Positions 1 to 12,178 are shown, counted from the stretch's first letter. The stretch is 64,000 bases of DNA from Eledone cirrhosa (GCA_964016885.1 OZ024745.1:78988001-79052000), one strand, 5' to 3'. Made by a program: numbers and translations. The notes: generated by a model not told the origin, from the letters alone.

Positions 1-819
1 AGAAACAATAGAAGAAACAGACAAAGGAAATACCTATGGTTCAACCCAATATTCAACTCCTCTATAAAAACTAGACTGCCCTCTATATTCTTTAAACTAA
101 TAGATAAACACTTCCCTATCTCGCATAGATATCACAAACTACTCAATAGATCTACTATAAAACTCTCTTTTTCAACAGCAGCTAACATAGAATCACACAT
201 ACGCAAGATCAACCGCAGAAATATCTCAAGTAAATCAATTGCACCTATACATAAGCACAAACTCATCACAACATCAAAACCACAAGCGCATACAAACGCG
301 CAGCAGCAAAACCCCATTGGGCATATATCACAACCCACTTATAACAGGGTACTAAATAGGAATGTAAAAGCTGCACATAATAGCGCCTCAAACTGCAACT
401 GTCACCTCCCAGATAGGTGCCCATTGGCGAATAGATGTCTCGATTCGAGCCTGGTGTACATGTGCACTGTCATCTCGGGTAACTCCACTTGGAATTACAT
501 AGGATCCACCGCGGGTTCTTTTAAGAAAAGATGGTATGTGCACAGGCACTCGATGAAAAACCGAGCTCTTATGGGTTCCACCACCCTCGCCAGAAAAATA
601 TGGGAATTGAAGGACAGCAACGCTAGCTACACTATCAACTGGTCGAAGTTGTCGGCTGCTAAAACCTATAGTACAGGTATGTCCTATTGCGGGCTGTGTG
701 ATCTTGAGCTATTGTATATCCTTAGAAATGTTAAAAGACTACTTAATAATAAGTTAGAAAGATCTATCTTCTGCAGGCATAGAATAGCCACTAAATTCAT
801 AAGATTCAAACCTCCGTGA
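1..819 (+). mobile_element. Penelope-like element, 3' part of ORF (linker + C-terminal GIY-YIG endonuclease), runs off the window start
   Basis: Frame +1 appears open from base 1 to TGA at 819: ...WFNPIFN..LIDKHFP..HKLLNRSTIKLSFS...CNC..CPLANRC..SLVYMC...YIGST..FKKRWYVH...CGLC..E...CRH. This is a GIY-YIG motif with the Cys/His residues typical of PLEs. Confidence 0.85.
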
Positions 820-1069
820 ATCGAACCAACATAACATAGCTTTAAATTAGGATACCTACTACCCACAGAAATATATATTCATTAAGTATACTATTTCCTT
901 CACAAGTCTATACCACACAATAGTCTGTAAATACCTCATCTACCAACAATCTTACTCCTTCTCAGCTGCTGCAATCATTTGATCCTAGATCCTAGTTTTT
1001 CTCATTTCACTACTACAATGTTACTTTACCTTCTTTTTGCCATATTACAATTAGCACGCTTTTCTCTTT

Positions 1070-1148
1070 GCATGTATGTATATTTTTGTACGAGTGTATA
1101 TTAGTGTGTATGTATGTGTCTATGTACACATATATGTGTATATGTATT

Positions 1149-1213
<65 letters not shown>

Positions 1214-1230
1214 AGATATATGCGTATATT
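1070..1230. repeat. Compound (TA)n/(TG)n microsatellite
   Basis: Direct inspection. Confidence 0.9.
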
Positions 1231-1570
1231 AATTCGTTAACCTCTGTATTAACTCTACAACTATTGAGCTTTGACAGTGGTCCCACTCATGTATACGGTT
1301 GAAGATGAAGAGAAAGACTGTAAAAACTAGCTTATCTTTATAATTTAAAATTGATACACACTACGATACTTTTTGCCTTATGACAGCTGGTTTTCACGCC
1401 GTAACATTAGATACATTATATACCCCCCACCTAAGTAATGTCAGGGTCTCCTTAAATAGTTTATTGATAGCATTGTTGTAATAATTGTTGTTGTTTATTG
1501 TTCTAATTGAATGCCATAACTACTCCATATTTTCTTTTATTTTCTTGCCTGTGTATTTTCTTCATTCTCG

Positions 1571-1683
1571 CATGCTCCGAAGATCTGACTGGTTATAATT
1601 CTGTATTGGCGATCGAGTGACGCAAAATTAGGCGGATAGCGATCTCTAGACATACCAGTTCAGTGAAACAAATGTAAGCTATG
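1571..1683 (+). ncRNA. Type-I hammerhead ribozyme (variant CCGAAGA core, long stem II) downstream of the PLE ORF
   Basis: gct-CCGAAGA-t-ctgactggt...accagttcag-t-GAAA-caaatg-TA-agc; stems I, II and III are all complementary; position fits a PLE pseudo-LTR. Confidence 0.6.
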
Positions 1684-1905
1684 TGATTAAAAACTTTTTT
1701 GTATAGCAAACCATGTAAACCTTCTTTCCTGATTTATTATTACTCCAAGTGTTTACAACATAGGAATTACAGCATACCCGCAGCATCACTATGAAAACGC
1801 CTTGTTGAGTCAAACCAAGCCAAGCGTTAATATCATCCACTACCTGGAATACCATAACTGGACTTCACCTAAGTGGACTGCATTTAACTATTATTTGTTA
1901 ATCCG

Positions 1906-1906
<1 letters not shown>

Positions 1907-1966
<60 letters not shown>
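1907..1966. repeat. (TA)n microsatellite
   Basis: Direct inspection. Confidence 0.95.
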
Positions 1967-1968
<2 letters not shown>

Positions 1969-2126
1969 GAGGAGGTTATAGTTCACTTGAAGCATTGTGT
2001 AATGAGGTATAAACGTTAGAATATGTGTAATAAGGCCAAGACAATGCAGATATGGACATAGAAAAAGAATGCAATAGTGAGAGATATTGATGAGAATTCG
2101 TCTTTCACCTTGAATTTATTTAAATG

Positions 2127-2164
2127 TCCTTAATTTTCGAGATAATATCTCTTCTTCGGAGGGA
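2127..2164 (-). ncRNA. Minimal type-I hammerhead motif
   Basis: Minus strand reads cct-CCGAAGA-a-gagat-att-atctc-GAAA-at-TA-agg. Confidence 0.5.
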
Positions 2165-2384
2165 AGTAAGTCTCAGACCAGCGTCTAAATTTCCAATGAA
2201 GCCATGCTGACCGGAAATAGTATAGAGTTCTAACTTTAATATCAAAGAATTAAAATTAGGTGGGTAAAGAGTAGTCTCCCTTTAAGAGGGGTTTGTTTAT
2301 GTTTTTGTTGTGTTTTTTAAATTTTATATGCGTGCCTGTATATATGCGTGCCTGTATATTTATATCATCATCATCAGGTTTAGC

Positions 2385-2582
2385 GGTCAGTCAATGGCAA
2401 CATTGAGGACCGAGTAAGTTAGATCGCAGATATAATAAAAGACAGCAAGAAGCGAAAACCAACCAAACAGTGAGTGTGTTCTGTTATTAATTCTGGCAAT
2501 ATTACGCAAATATGACCCTCCCCAAGTATAACAATATCTGTTTCGACACACGATTTCATATAAAAAAAAACCTCGCAAAACT
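2385..2582 (+). mobile_element. Isolated pseudo-LTR fragment of the Penelope-like family found at 61.2-63.6 kb
   Basis: Closely similar to 63450-63598 and to the reverse complement of 61172-61360 (ggtcagtcaatggcaacattgagg...gaccctccccaagtataa...cctcgcaaaac); followed by (TA)n. Confidence 0.85.
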
Positions 2583-3272
2583 AATTCATCGCCGCTATAT
2601 ATATATATATATATATATAAATATATATATATATATTTATATATTTATATATATATATATTCATCAGCGAGAGATGAATATATACAAGCCCATATAGAGA
2701 GATGGCCCACTTACACGGGCCATTATTGCTACTTTCACCCATCTCTCTATATCGGCTTGTACAGGTAAGAGAAGAAGGGAGCCCCCCCCCCCCCTCTCTG
2801 TACTCCCTGGCAGAAAGGTCGCACACTTTCTACGGGGGTGTGTGACCCCAAAAGGCTAATAAATCGCCAAAAAACAAGCAAACAAAAAAGGGGCAAATAA
2901 AGAAATCTATGCCCCAGTGGCAAATAAATCGCAAAAAAAAATAAATAAATAAATTTATATTTCTTTTAACGGCTAAAAAAGGGGGAATGTAAATTTGTTG
3001 GAATAGCCTCATACATTGAAGTAAGCGGCATATAGACAGCTAAAATTGGATATCGCCCAAAATATTACAACAGCTAACAGAGAAATATAGAATTTTAAAA
3101 AAAAAAGCTTTTTTGACTGAGATCAAATCTTTGAGAACATTCACATCTTTTTTTTTTTTTAAATATATAATTTGAAATAGCTTGCTTTTGTTTTGGACTG
3201 AAACTTTTTTGTATTTAATTCGTACGAGTATTTTTTAAAGATTCTAACATAACTTGATTTGGCCCAGTAATC

Positions 3273-3341
3273 TACTGATATTAAAATCAGTAGTATACTG
3301 ATATTAAAATCAGTAGTATACTGATATTAAAATCAGTAGTA
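3273..3341. repeat. Three exact tandem copies of a 23-bp unit
   Basis: (tactgatattaaaatcagtagta)x3; each unit contains the inverted repeat tactgat/atcagta. Confidence 0.9.
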
Positions 3342-4069
3342 TATTAAAAAATAGGGTAGAGGGCGTTTCGTGATTTCGTGATTTTATTGGAAATCTGCTG
3401 TGTCTCTAAAAAAATGTTCATTTAAAGAACGTGCATTATTAAGAAAGTTATTAAGAAGTAAGTTGATGTGAGATACTAACCTATTGTTATGTTTTTGTTC
3501 TAATCTCATAACTGGTATTTATTTTCTCGACTCTTAAACATAAAATGATACAATCAACTTACCCCTTATGAAACTCATATATGGTAGTACATGTGTAGCT
3601 TCTATATATTCTGCACACAAAAGTTTTACTGAGTTAAATAATGCTTCGAACTTCTCTGCCATAGTTTCAAAGTTCTCTTGATATTTCACACTTTTGCACT
3701 TGCAACAAAATTATTTGTTCGCCTTTTTCGTCCCTCCGTTTTGTTATTGGTAACGTTGCGAGTGTGATAATTTTAAATACAGGTGTTATGAAGATATCCG
3801 TATTAATAGTAGAATAAAAAATGTAATATGCTTCGATGAATGCAATAATGCCTTCTGATTTAAGCACAAGAAATAGAATGAAAAAAACATTAGGAAATGA
3901 AACTAACTACTTAATGTGTCAAATAGCTATTGGTTGATATAAAATGAAACTAAAAGTGTTCAGAGAATCTCAATTGAATGCGCCCCATTCCATTATTCCA
4001 CGAAGTGCTGGTAAATTCATAAATGTTTATTGGAAAACACTTACATATAAGGAAATGAATAATACTTTG

Positions 4070-4490
4070 ATTCCTGGGTGATATTTAAGGGTCAAATTCT
4101 GGGTTACTTCCTTTTTGGCGTAAACAAGTCTATATAGCATGTCTTGGACCAAGCAAAGGGCAGTTCGAAGCAGTTCCTGATAGAGTAACGATGTAAAACA
4201 TTAGCTTTCTACAGACCCCTTGAGGGTCTACAGACTATTACTCTCTTCCCTGGTCTTACAGACTCGCACCTTCTCTTATCACTGGGCCTTGCTGTTACGA
4301 CTAACGAACACACTCTATTTCAGCATAACGAAATAACAGCAAAGACATGGTCAACTTTTATGATTTGTAGTTATCTTGTTCTTTGTTCCTTTATTCGCTG
4401 AAGTGAAGTAAATTATATATTTAAACGAAATCCTCTATTTTGTCGTGTTATTTCACCTCTAACAACACTTACTAACTTCTCATCGCTTCA
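4070..4490 (+). mobile_element. Degenerate solo-LTR-like element related to 59952-60568
   Basis: Shared collinear blocks: ggtcaaattct.gg, ttttgg.gt.aaca, gggtctacag, cagactattactctc, cagactc.c, gaagtgaagtaaat. The 5' end is not defined. Confidence 0.55.
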
Positions 4491-4703
4491 TATATACTAT
4501 CTTGTATAAAAAGAAGTTGAAAAATTGTTATTAAGGCATACTATTACAAATAGAAATAAAAAAAAGAAAGAAAAGGGAAAGCAAAACACACACAAGCAGG
4601 TAATACATCTAGGACCGCATACAACAAAAGGTAGGCGAAAGGGGGCAAACGAACTGCTACCAAATCAAAAGATAACAATATCGCGAGGAGCACTAGGAAA
4701 CCT

Positions 4704-5400
4704 CTAATCATTTTTGAGGCAAGCCAGCACACTCGCAGTGTTACCTTGGGTGATGGCGAGACTGAGGTGCTGGAACAACCAAGTGCCCTCACGAGCATTA
4801 CCAGTTACTTCTGTTTGGTGAGCTGCTAGAGAAAATAAGAACCTCGCAGTCAGTAGCCCGACTCCCCCAAACGTCTTGAACTCCACAGCCTGGAAAATGT
4901 AGTTAGCCAACAGATCACGGTATTTTAGGATTTTGTTCCGTTCAGCTGCGGAAAATGTAGCTCTTGCCCTAACCGAAGCAAAAGAGTCACTAACTGTGAC
5001 GTCCCAGATAAGACACCTGTCTCTTAAACAGGGGCACAGGGTAAGACCATCAAATCTTTTCCCATCAATTCTGGACAACTCAGACAGTTCCAAAATTGAG
5101 GGGATGTTTGCCCAAAGCTCTCTTGATGAGGGTTAGCTCTGTGTGACACGCAAAGCAACTGGCATTCAGGCGGCAAGATATACTCTGGAGGCCTATGGAG
5201 TTGAGGATCTTGCCACACTGACACTTCAGACCTGTACAGACATTGACTCCCACTTTGAGGGCAATAGAGACACAAAGCTCATCCAAGCTGAGTAGGCCAC
5301 TTGAAAACTGATCTGACTGGTCGAAGAGAGATTCAAAGCTGGCCTTCAAATGTATGCTGTCTAAAGCTCTCTGACTCCGTCTGTCCTCCACCTTGTCAGG
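4704..5400 (-). mobile_element. CRE-like non-LTR retrotransposon remnant (CCHC knuckle + restriction-like endonuclease), frameshifted
   Basis: Translations CQCGKILNSIGLQSISC, DGKRFDGLTL, LIWDVTVSDSFA, AERNKILKY, FQAVEFKTFG, LFQHLSLAITQGN. Confidence 0.8.
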
Positions 5401-5463
5401 AACAGATTCTTACAGAAACATCTAGCTTATTCGTACCTTTTCTACGGAAATACTTAACTTATA

Positions 5464-5608
5464 TAGAAGTAGTTCCACAACAGCTAAATAACCATTGCCG
5501 ACGACAATTGTTTCACCTTATATGGATTATCAACCGCGCTGATGATCCGTATAAGGTGAAACAATTGTCCTCGGCAATGGTTAATTAATTGCTGTGGAAC
5601 TACTTCTA
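5464..5608. repeat. 145-bp near-perfect palindrome containing hammerhead cores in both orientations
   Basis: Arms of about 69 bp (tagaagtagttccac...ggattatca / tgatgatcc...gtggaactacttcta) around a 7-nt loop accgcgc. Confidence 0.9.
5534..5574 (+). ncRNA. Type-I hammerhead ribozyme with palindromic stem III
   Basis: ccgcg-CTGATGA-t-cc-gtataa-gg-t-GAAA-caattg-TC-ctcgg; GUC cleavage triplet at 5567-5569. Confidence 0.7.
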
Positions 5609-5689
5609 CCAACCTCATCCCATGGACTGAGTGCTCTGCTACTGCAGATATAACCTACCAGTGTTCTACCACTATATATATAATTATCA

Positions 5690-6010
5690 TTTAAAGTCTG
5701 CTTTCCCTGCTAGTCAGTACTGAAGTGGAGCTACTGACCTCCCAAACAGGCCGAGGGGTCTGCATCCTGCTTACATACGGTTATATCAAGTGCAGTGGAG
5801 AAGTTGTATCGTTTAACATAAATTGAAGGGTCTTCTCAAACCCCTATTTGGCAGGCTTTCTACGGCTAGATGCCCTCCCTAACACCAACCACTTTGAAGT
5901 ATGTACTGGGTGCTTTTATTGTGTAGATAACCACCACTAGGCAGGTTGTCATGTCCTTGACACAAAAATGGTTCTCCCAACCCTTTGTTTGGCAAGCTTT
6001 CTACGAATAT
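5690..6010 (-). mobile_element. RTE 3'-tail / SINE tail fragments
   Basis: Contains gatgccctccctaacaccaaccacttt and gggtgctttt, shared with the RTE 3' UTRs elsewhere in the window. Confidence 0.65.
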
Positions 6011-6329
6011 ATATTTCAGAGAGAGAAGTAAGTTTAGTGAGGAATTCAAGGACAGGTTTGGCGAAATGAAGTTGATTGTTGATTGTAATGCAGTTGAATG
6101 TTGTTGAGTGGATGTAGCAATGGAATGAATTGGCTTGAGTTTGTTGTTCATTTGGGCGTGGCAGAGCTTGTAGTAGTAAAATTGTTGGCTTGTTGGGTAC
6201 ATAACGTAAAATTTGTCCCATCTATAAGCGCTGTGGAGAAAATGCTGATGAATGAACAATTACAACATTATTGCTACTAAAATATATTTTTAAATTAATA
6301 GCCGGCTATTATAGACAATATAATATAAT

Positions 6330-6865
6330 CAAGGCTAAAGTTGTGATATATGTGTGTGCAATGATTTAAAATACTACAGACTACTGAAGAGACATGTGGC
6401 TGGAGCAAAGCAAATCTGGTAGTGGAACAGTACAGTAGATAGAGCCATTAAAATGAAGAGACAGACATATAAAGACTAGAGAAATGGGGGCAACAGAGAC
6501 CAGTACCAAGTAGCTAGAAGAGAGGCTAGATGGTTAGTATACATAGCACGAAAAGATGATGAAAGAAGGTTTGCAAATGTTTTGCGATGTGAAGATCAGA
6601 GACATGAAGGGTTCCACTTTTCAAGGCAGTATGTCAGTGTGAACCATTGTGCATCACTGATGCTCAAAAGAAAGGGATCTGGAAATGCTACTATGTTAAA
6701 GAATGTAGGGAATGAATGGGAGGAAGGGAGATAATCTCCAACCGATACAACAGAGAGGCCAGCTATCAAAATTGGAAATGAAAGGATAAAAGAAACAATC
6801 AAAGAAATTAAAAATAGTAAAGCTATGAGACCATCTCAGATGCTGAAAGCATCTGGGGAAGTAGT
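6330..6865 (+). mobile_element. Degenerate RTE LINE fragment (endonuclease-RT linker)
   Basis: Similar to the RRFANVLRREDQRHE...EMLKASG region of the more intact RTE copies. Confidence 0.7.
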
Positions 6866-7332
6866 CTCTCTTTCAGTCTACTCTCTCACAACCGCTATCT
6901 CTGTCTCTCTATTTATAAAGGTACCCAGAAAACCCTATTTATCAGGGACCCGTGCTTAGATTTACGCCAAATTTGTTTTATTCCATTTGTATTCCCCTTT
7001 CAGGGGCAACTTCCTTTCCGTATGCCCCCATTATGTGCCCTTTTGGCTGTATTACATTGCAAGCAAGCAATCACAGAATTTTAGTAATATATCATTATCT
7101 ATAAAAGGCAGATTGTTGTTGTTGTGTGTGTGTGTGTGCGCAATTCTGTATATTTGGCTGTTTTGTCCCTCGGCTCTTGTAGTGTGTATCTATGTATGTA
7201 TGTAGAGGTCAGAGATAACAGCAGAAACCAGTCAAATAGAAGATTGCCACGCCCACCAGACGAGTTGTGGTTCCTGGTCTAAGCGGAAAGTACTTTCATT
7301 TACTGAATATATTCGATTTGTCCGTAGTAGGC

Positions 7333-8835
7333 TTTTTTTTTTTTTTTTTTAAACACTTTAGTCTTTATTGTGTTGTATCAGATGAAAGAATGGTATTTAA
7401 CTAATGTATTGGTACGCGATGGGGCACACCCACAGCCCCGGCGGACAGAATGGAGAAGGTGTTTCCCCGGAGGATGGCAAGGGAGACGCGCTGGAAAAGC
7501 CACTCCAACTCGCGAGGCTCACACCTGTGGCTGGCCAGCTCAGCGCCTATGGTGGTGAGTAAGGAGGTCCCTGGGGCCTTTGCCGTCCCCTCAATCCAGC
7601 CCCACCGGCTCGAGCTGGGAAGGGAAGCCTGCAGCATCCAAGCCATGCTTAATGACCTCATTGAGGGCAGCATGGTGTGGAATGCGGCCGGCACTGTGGC
7701 GACAGGAAAGCGGGTGGAGGCCGAAAGAGTCCACGGTGGAACCGCAGCGACACTGGTGTGGCTGGCAGATCCGGAGGCCGAGCCTCAGGGAAACGCCAAT
7801 TCGCAGGCTATGGTTGTCTAGCTGCGTGCCAGTGGAGAAGGAGGGCAGAGCATGGAGCCAGGCACCACTGTAGGGTTTGGAGGCCGCACGAAAACAAGCA
7901 AGGCGGTGCTGGTCGAGCTGGCGCGTGAGCCTGTCTGAGGCCAGGCTGCACCGGATGGCATCCCAAGTGCATTGGGGGGACTTGACGTCAACAGGAGAAG
8001 AAGGAGGAAGGACGTCTACTGGGCTAAGTCCCAGCCGGTCCCACGTCTCACAGGCAGCCTCACGTTCTCTGAACACAGAGGGTTCTGTTGTGTTTTGAAG
8101 AACCCTGCTGACAAGGACGCGGCACGCGGTTACCGAGGAAAGATACGCCGGCAAAGCTAGTGAGATCGAGGACCGGAGGCCTAGGCCGCCATACCTGATC
8201 AGTAAAGTGGCCTGTTGCCACCCTATGTCGTCAAACTTGATGTTGCATATCCCCTCGGCTGCTGCTCGGATACAAGTATCGAGGTCAGCAAAGAGAGATG
8301 TCTGGGTGTAGCATGGAGTGCTGCGGAGTGTATAAAGGAGCTTCGGCATGGCGAAGCAGTTCCTCAGCAGAAAGAGAGCTGGGTGGCCGTCAATCAAGCC
8401 CAGTCGGCTTGTGAGAGTCTGGAGCTGTTGAAGCCTGGACCTGATGGTGGAGCGGATGGCCGGCGGGTGGATCGGTGACCCGAGGATGAGGACATCCTCT
8501 TTGGGGGTCACCTGAACCTGGCGGAGAATGGGCCGCACGTCCAAGACGGAGGCTGCAAAGCTCGCAGCATCGAGGCTGACGTTCACCACTTCCGAGTTGT
8601 CCTGGAGGCCGATTCCCACCAGGGCAGGAATCACCAATTGAAGGTCTTGGCATACCATCCATACGGGCCCGCCCAACGTAACATCATCCAGATACCAAAC
8701 GTTGAAAGGAGCCGTGATACTCCGGGCGATGTCGTCAATACCAAGAGCGAACAGGAGGGGTCCCCCTGTTGGACCCAAGTAGCCGAGAGTATGACCGTAT
8801 CAGCAGCTAGGAGCATGCTCGGGGCTCCATATGAC
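7333..8835 (-). mobile_element. 5'-truncated CRE-like non-LTR retrotransposon (partial RT, CCHC knuckle, partly deleted RLE, polyA tail)
   Basis: WVQQGDP, WYLDD, GGLGLR, CRCGSTVDSFGLHPLSC, LEPVGL, WLFQRVSLAILRGN; AATAAA then an A-run at 7333-7350 on the minus strand; GC-rich relative to flanks. Confidence 0.85.
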
Positions 8836-8842
8836 ATGTATG

Positions 8843-8874
<32 letters not shown>

Positions 8875-9660
8875 TATTTGCCAGGTCAGCCTTTATCATT
8901 TCATCCCACATCTTCCTTTTCTGAGACACCCTACAACCTCGAATGCCCTGCACCTTTTTATACCAGTAAATGCCCATACCATTGCAGTCTTCTCTCTTGC
9001 ACAATGTTTGATCCCTCTTATGCCTACTTTTGCTCTCAATTCATTTACATTACGCCGTTCATACACACTTCTATTACACATCCATCGGACCATGCAGGCT
9101 TCATTTCTTTCCATTCTACATAGATCCTCAGCATGTAACATTGCTGTTCACACAAAGGCATAATACAGCTTGCCTTTTATGTTGAGTGAGAAACCTTTTG
9201 TAGCTAGCAGCTCCTTGAACTTTTTCCATCCCATCATTACTTTGACAATTGTATTTTCTGCACATCCACCACTGCTGATATGATACCCAGGTAGTAGAAG
9301 CTATTAACTATTTCCATTGGGGTCCTCTGTGCCTTTTTTCCTGACGGTTTTTGTTTACTGCTCCTATGCAATGTTCACAAATTAAGTCTATGTTCTTTGC
9401 TAGCCTGCCTGATTTCCCACTAAACCTCTGTGTATCCATAATTTGCATTTGGAACACAGGATTGAGTGCCTACCTACTCGTTTTCTACACACAGAGCAGG
9501 GCCATTTTCCTGAGGGGATCAGGGCCCTATTTTCATTTCTGCTCACTAGGATTTTGGTCTTTGCCAGGTTGACTTTAAGGCCTTTTGTTTCCAAGCTGTC
9601 ACTCCATATGTGAAATGTCTTCTCTAATTTTGTCAGATTCAGCTGTGAAGGTCAGGTAAA
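8875..9660 (-). mobile_element. RTE LINE 3' fragment
   Basis: KGLKVNLAKTKIL, WPCSVCRKRVG, ERNEACMVRWMC. Confidence 0.85.
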
Positions 9661-9834
9661 GAAACAGATGGAATAATGAAAGAAATTATTAAATTAATCA
9701 AACACAACCCAAATAATTCTAAAGATTCACCTACTTGTAAGTTAGTGCTAGAATTAAGTTTGATAACACCATTCTAGTCTGTGATTTAGGCACAAGGGCT
9801 ATAGTGGACCATTAACACATATTTTGTAACCTAA

Positions 9835-10910
9835 AATGGGACTTGACCTGCTCAGTGCTATTTTTCACATATGGCATCCTGTTAAATGCTATTTTAACAC
9901 CATATAGAGAATATTTCAAAATTTTTCTTTAGGCAGATGACAAGTAATTTTGTACAATGTGAGATATATATAGAAGACCTAACCATACCGATGAAGGAAA
10001 CCAAGGTCTTAAGATGCTTATTACCAAAATTTATAATTGGTGATAGATACTAACCACTAAGATAAATGGTTTGTGTCATTTTTTTTTGGTTTCCAGAAAC
10101 AGATCTATCTTAGGCTCTATAGGTTATGTTACCATCTTGAAGTATGGTATATTTACTTACACAGCTCTGTATATATGTACAAAATACTAGTAGTTTCTCA
10201 ATTGATATATATCTTGTTATATATCGTTTAAATGTGTATAATTGAACTGATGTTCATGGAGCTTTTTTATCGAGAAACATAATCGATATGTATTTTATAT
10301 GTATTGATTAATCCGAAAATTAGTATATTTCTGCTCATATTTTTAATTAGTTGAGTTCTCTTAATGGGACTTCTTTGATGCTATTTTTAGCACACTTTAC
10401 AGCTTGTCCTGTAATATCTGCTCTTCTGTTAAACATCATTTTAACACCATGTGGAGAACATTTCAAAATTCTTTCCTAGATAGATGACAGTGTAATATAT
10501 ATATAGAAGACCTAACCTTACCAATGAAGGAAGTCATAGATGCTTATTATCAAAATTGATAATTGTTGATTGACACTATGGTTTGCATCTTTTTTTTTTG
10601 ATTTCCAGAAACAATAACAATTTTAATCCATAGCCTTTTTAATGCTATGATAGAACTGGCTACCTTTAAAGTAAAAAAACTTGTGCAATTTTATTAAAAC
10701 ATACATTTTGGCTCATGAATCTAGTCAACTTCTTAGTTTTGATACCAACACAAGTCAATTCATTCAAATTTCCTTGCATAGACTTCTTTATTTATAACTG
10801 TAAGTCAAGCCTACTGATGAGGATAAATTGTCTTAATTTACTGATTAACAATTTTAATTATGGTAATTAGCATTTTCTTTTTCTCATTCGAAACTGTGGT
10901 ATAAGCATAT
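9835..10910 (+). repeat. Decayed direct repeat (about 530-550 bp period) carrying hammerhead motifs
   Basis: 9880-10100 matches 10428-10615; hammerhead-like cores at 9988 (CCGATGA, stem II ggaaaccaa/ttggtttcc, GAAA 10096), about 10521 (degenerate) and 10814 (CTGATGA...GAAA-ctgtgg-TA). Confidence 0.6.
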
Positions 10911-10919
10911 AATTCTATT

Positions 10920-11060
10920 CTAATAGTTTCTTCCTTCGTACATCTCACCAATGGAATTCTCTTCCAGCTTCTTGCTTTCCTGACCACTATAATTTACAAA
11001 AATTCAAAAGCAATATTAATCATCTCTCTCCTTGAATTGTTTTTTCTGTCTTGTCCTTGG
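10920..11060 (+). mobile_element. 3' end fragment of a CR1/Jockey-group LINE
   Basis: Translates SFFLRTSHQWNSLPASCFPDHYNLQKFKSNIN, the typical C-terminal WNxLP motif. Confidence 0.55.
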
Positions 11061-11114
11061 CTTTATTGCTTTGCTGGAGGTGAACAAAGAAAAAAAAAAG
11101 GGGGGGGGGGGCGT

Positions 11115-11535
11115 GTATGAAGACAGGTAAAGCTACTGGACCATCAGGGATAGTAGCTGAGATGCTGAAAGCATCTAGAATGGTGGGCCATATTTTAACT
11201 ATGCATATTGTAAACTAAGTGATTCAGAATGATGTCATACTCAATGACTGGCACAGCAGCTGAATCCTCAACTGCTACAAGGGCTAAGGAGATGCACTAG
11301 ACAGGGGAAACTAAAGAGGCATCAAGTTGATGAACCAGGTCATGAAATTACAGAAAAAGTTATAGTACAACTGATTAGGGACAGAGTTAATCTAGATGAG
11401 ATGCAGCTTGGCTTTGTACCAGATAGAAACTACCAGTGCCTTCTTCCTGGCGAGACAACTGCAGCATAAGTATTTAGTTAATAAGCCCCTCTACTTGGCA
11501 TTCAGTTACCTGGAGAAAGCCTTTGACAGGCTACT
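11115..11535 (+). mobile_element. RTE RT fragment
   Basis: [20 protein letters not shown]...CYKG...LEKAFDR with stop codons. Confidence 0.85.
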
Positions 11536-12172
11536 TTACTTTATAGACCTCTTAAACTTTTGGTGTCATTAGTACATCTTTGCCTAAGTAACACAGGACT
11601 GAGGGTTTATGTTGTGTTGAATTTATCAAAGATAAATTTCAGAGATAACTTCCCCACAATATCTATCCCAACAGATAGATATATAAATAGAGGAGGCAAG
11701 AGAAATTTAAAGAACTTGTTTGGATGCAATAAAATTCATGACCCATAAGCTAGTAAACTGATACTTTAAACTATCGTGCTCTCAATATACACATCTACCT
11801 CTTCATAATCATTCCTGGTTCAGCACTTGTCTCTAGTTTCTATGTATATGAAGCACCCATAAGATAGGAAGTCAGTCTACTGCAGTAGAACCAACTAAAT
11901 GCAGAACTGCATGCCAACAAATTATGTTAATTTTACAGAGCAGGAGTGGCCTACAATAGTGAATGAAACAACCCAACAGTACCTGCTTGTTATCTAGTAC
12001 TTCATCTACTCAACTACTTGAGATATCCCACATGAATTAGATGAGATAAGATAAAATTAAAAGACACATAACATTCCATTAAATCAAAAAGAAAACCAAA
12101 CTAGAATAAGTGTGTAGAAATATAATAAATATATTTGACTAAATTCAAATACAGTAAATTTTTAGGGAGTGT

Positions 12173-12178
12173 TTTATT
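12173..12178 (-). terminator. Candidate polyadenylation signal (AATAAA) of GATD3A
   Basis: AATAAA about 270 nt after the stop codon on the minus strand; not verified, and such hexamers are common in AT-rich DNA. Confidence 0.3.
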
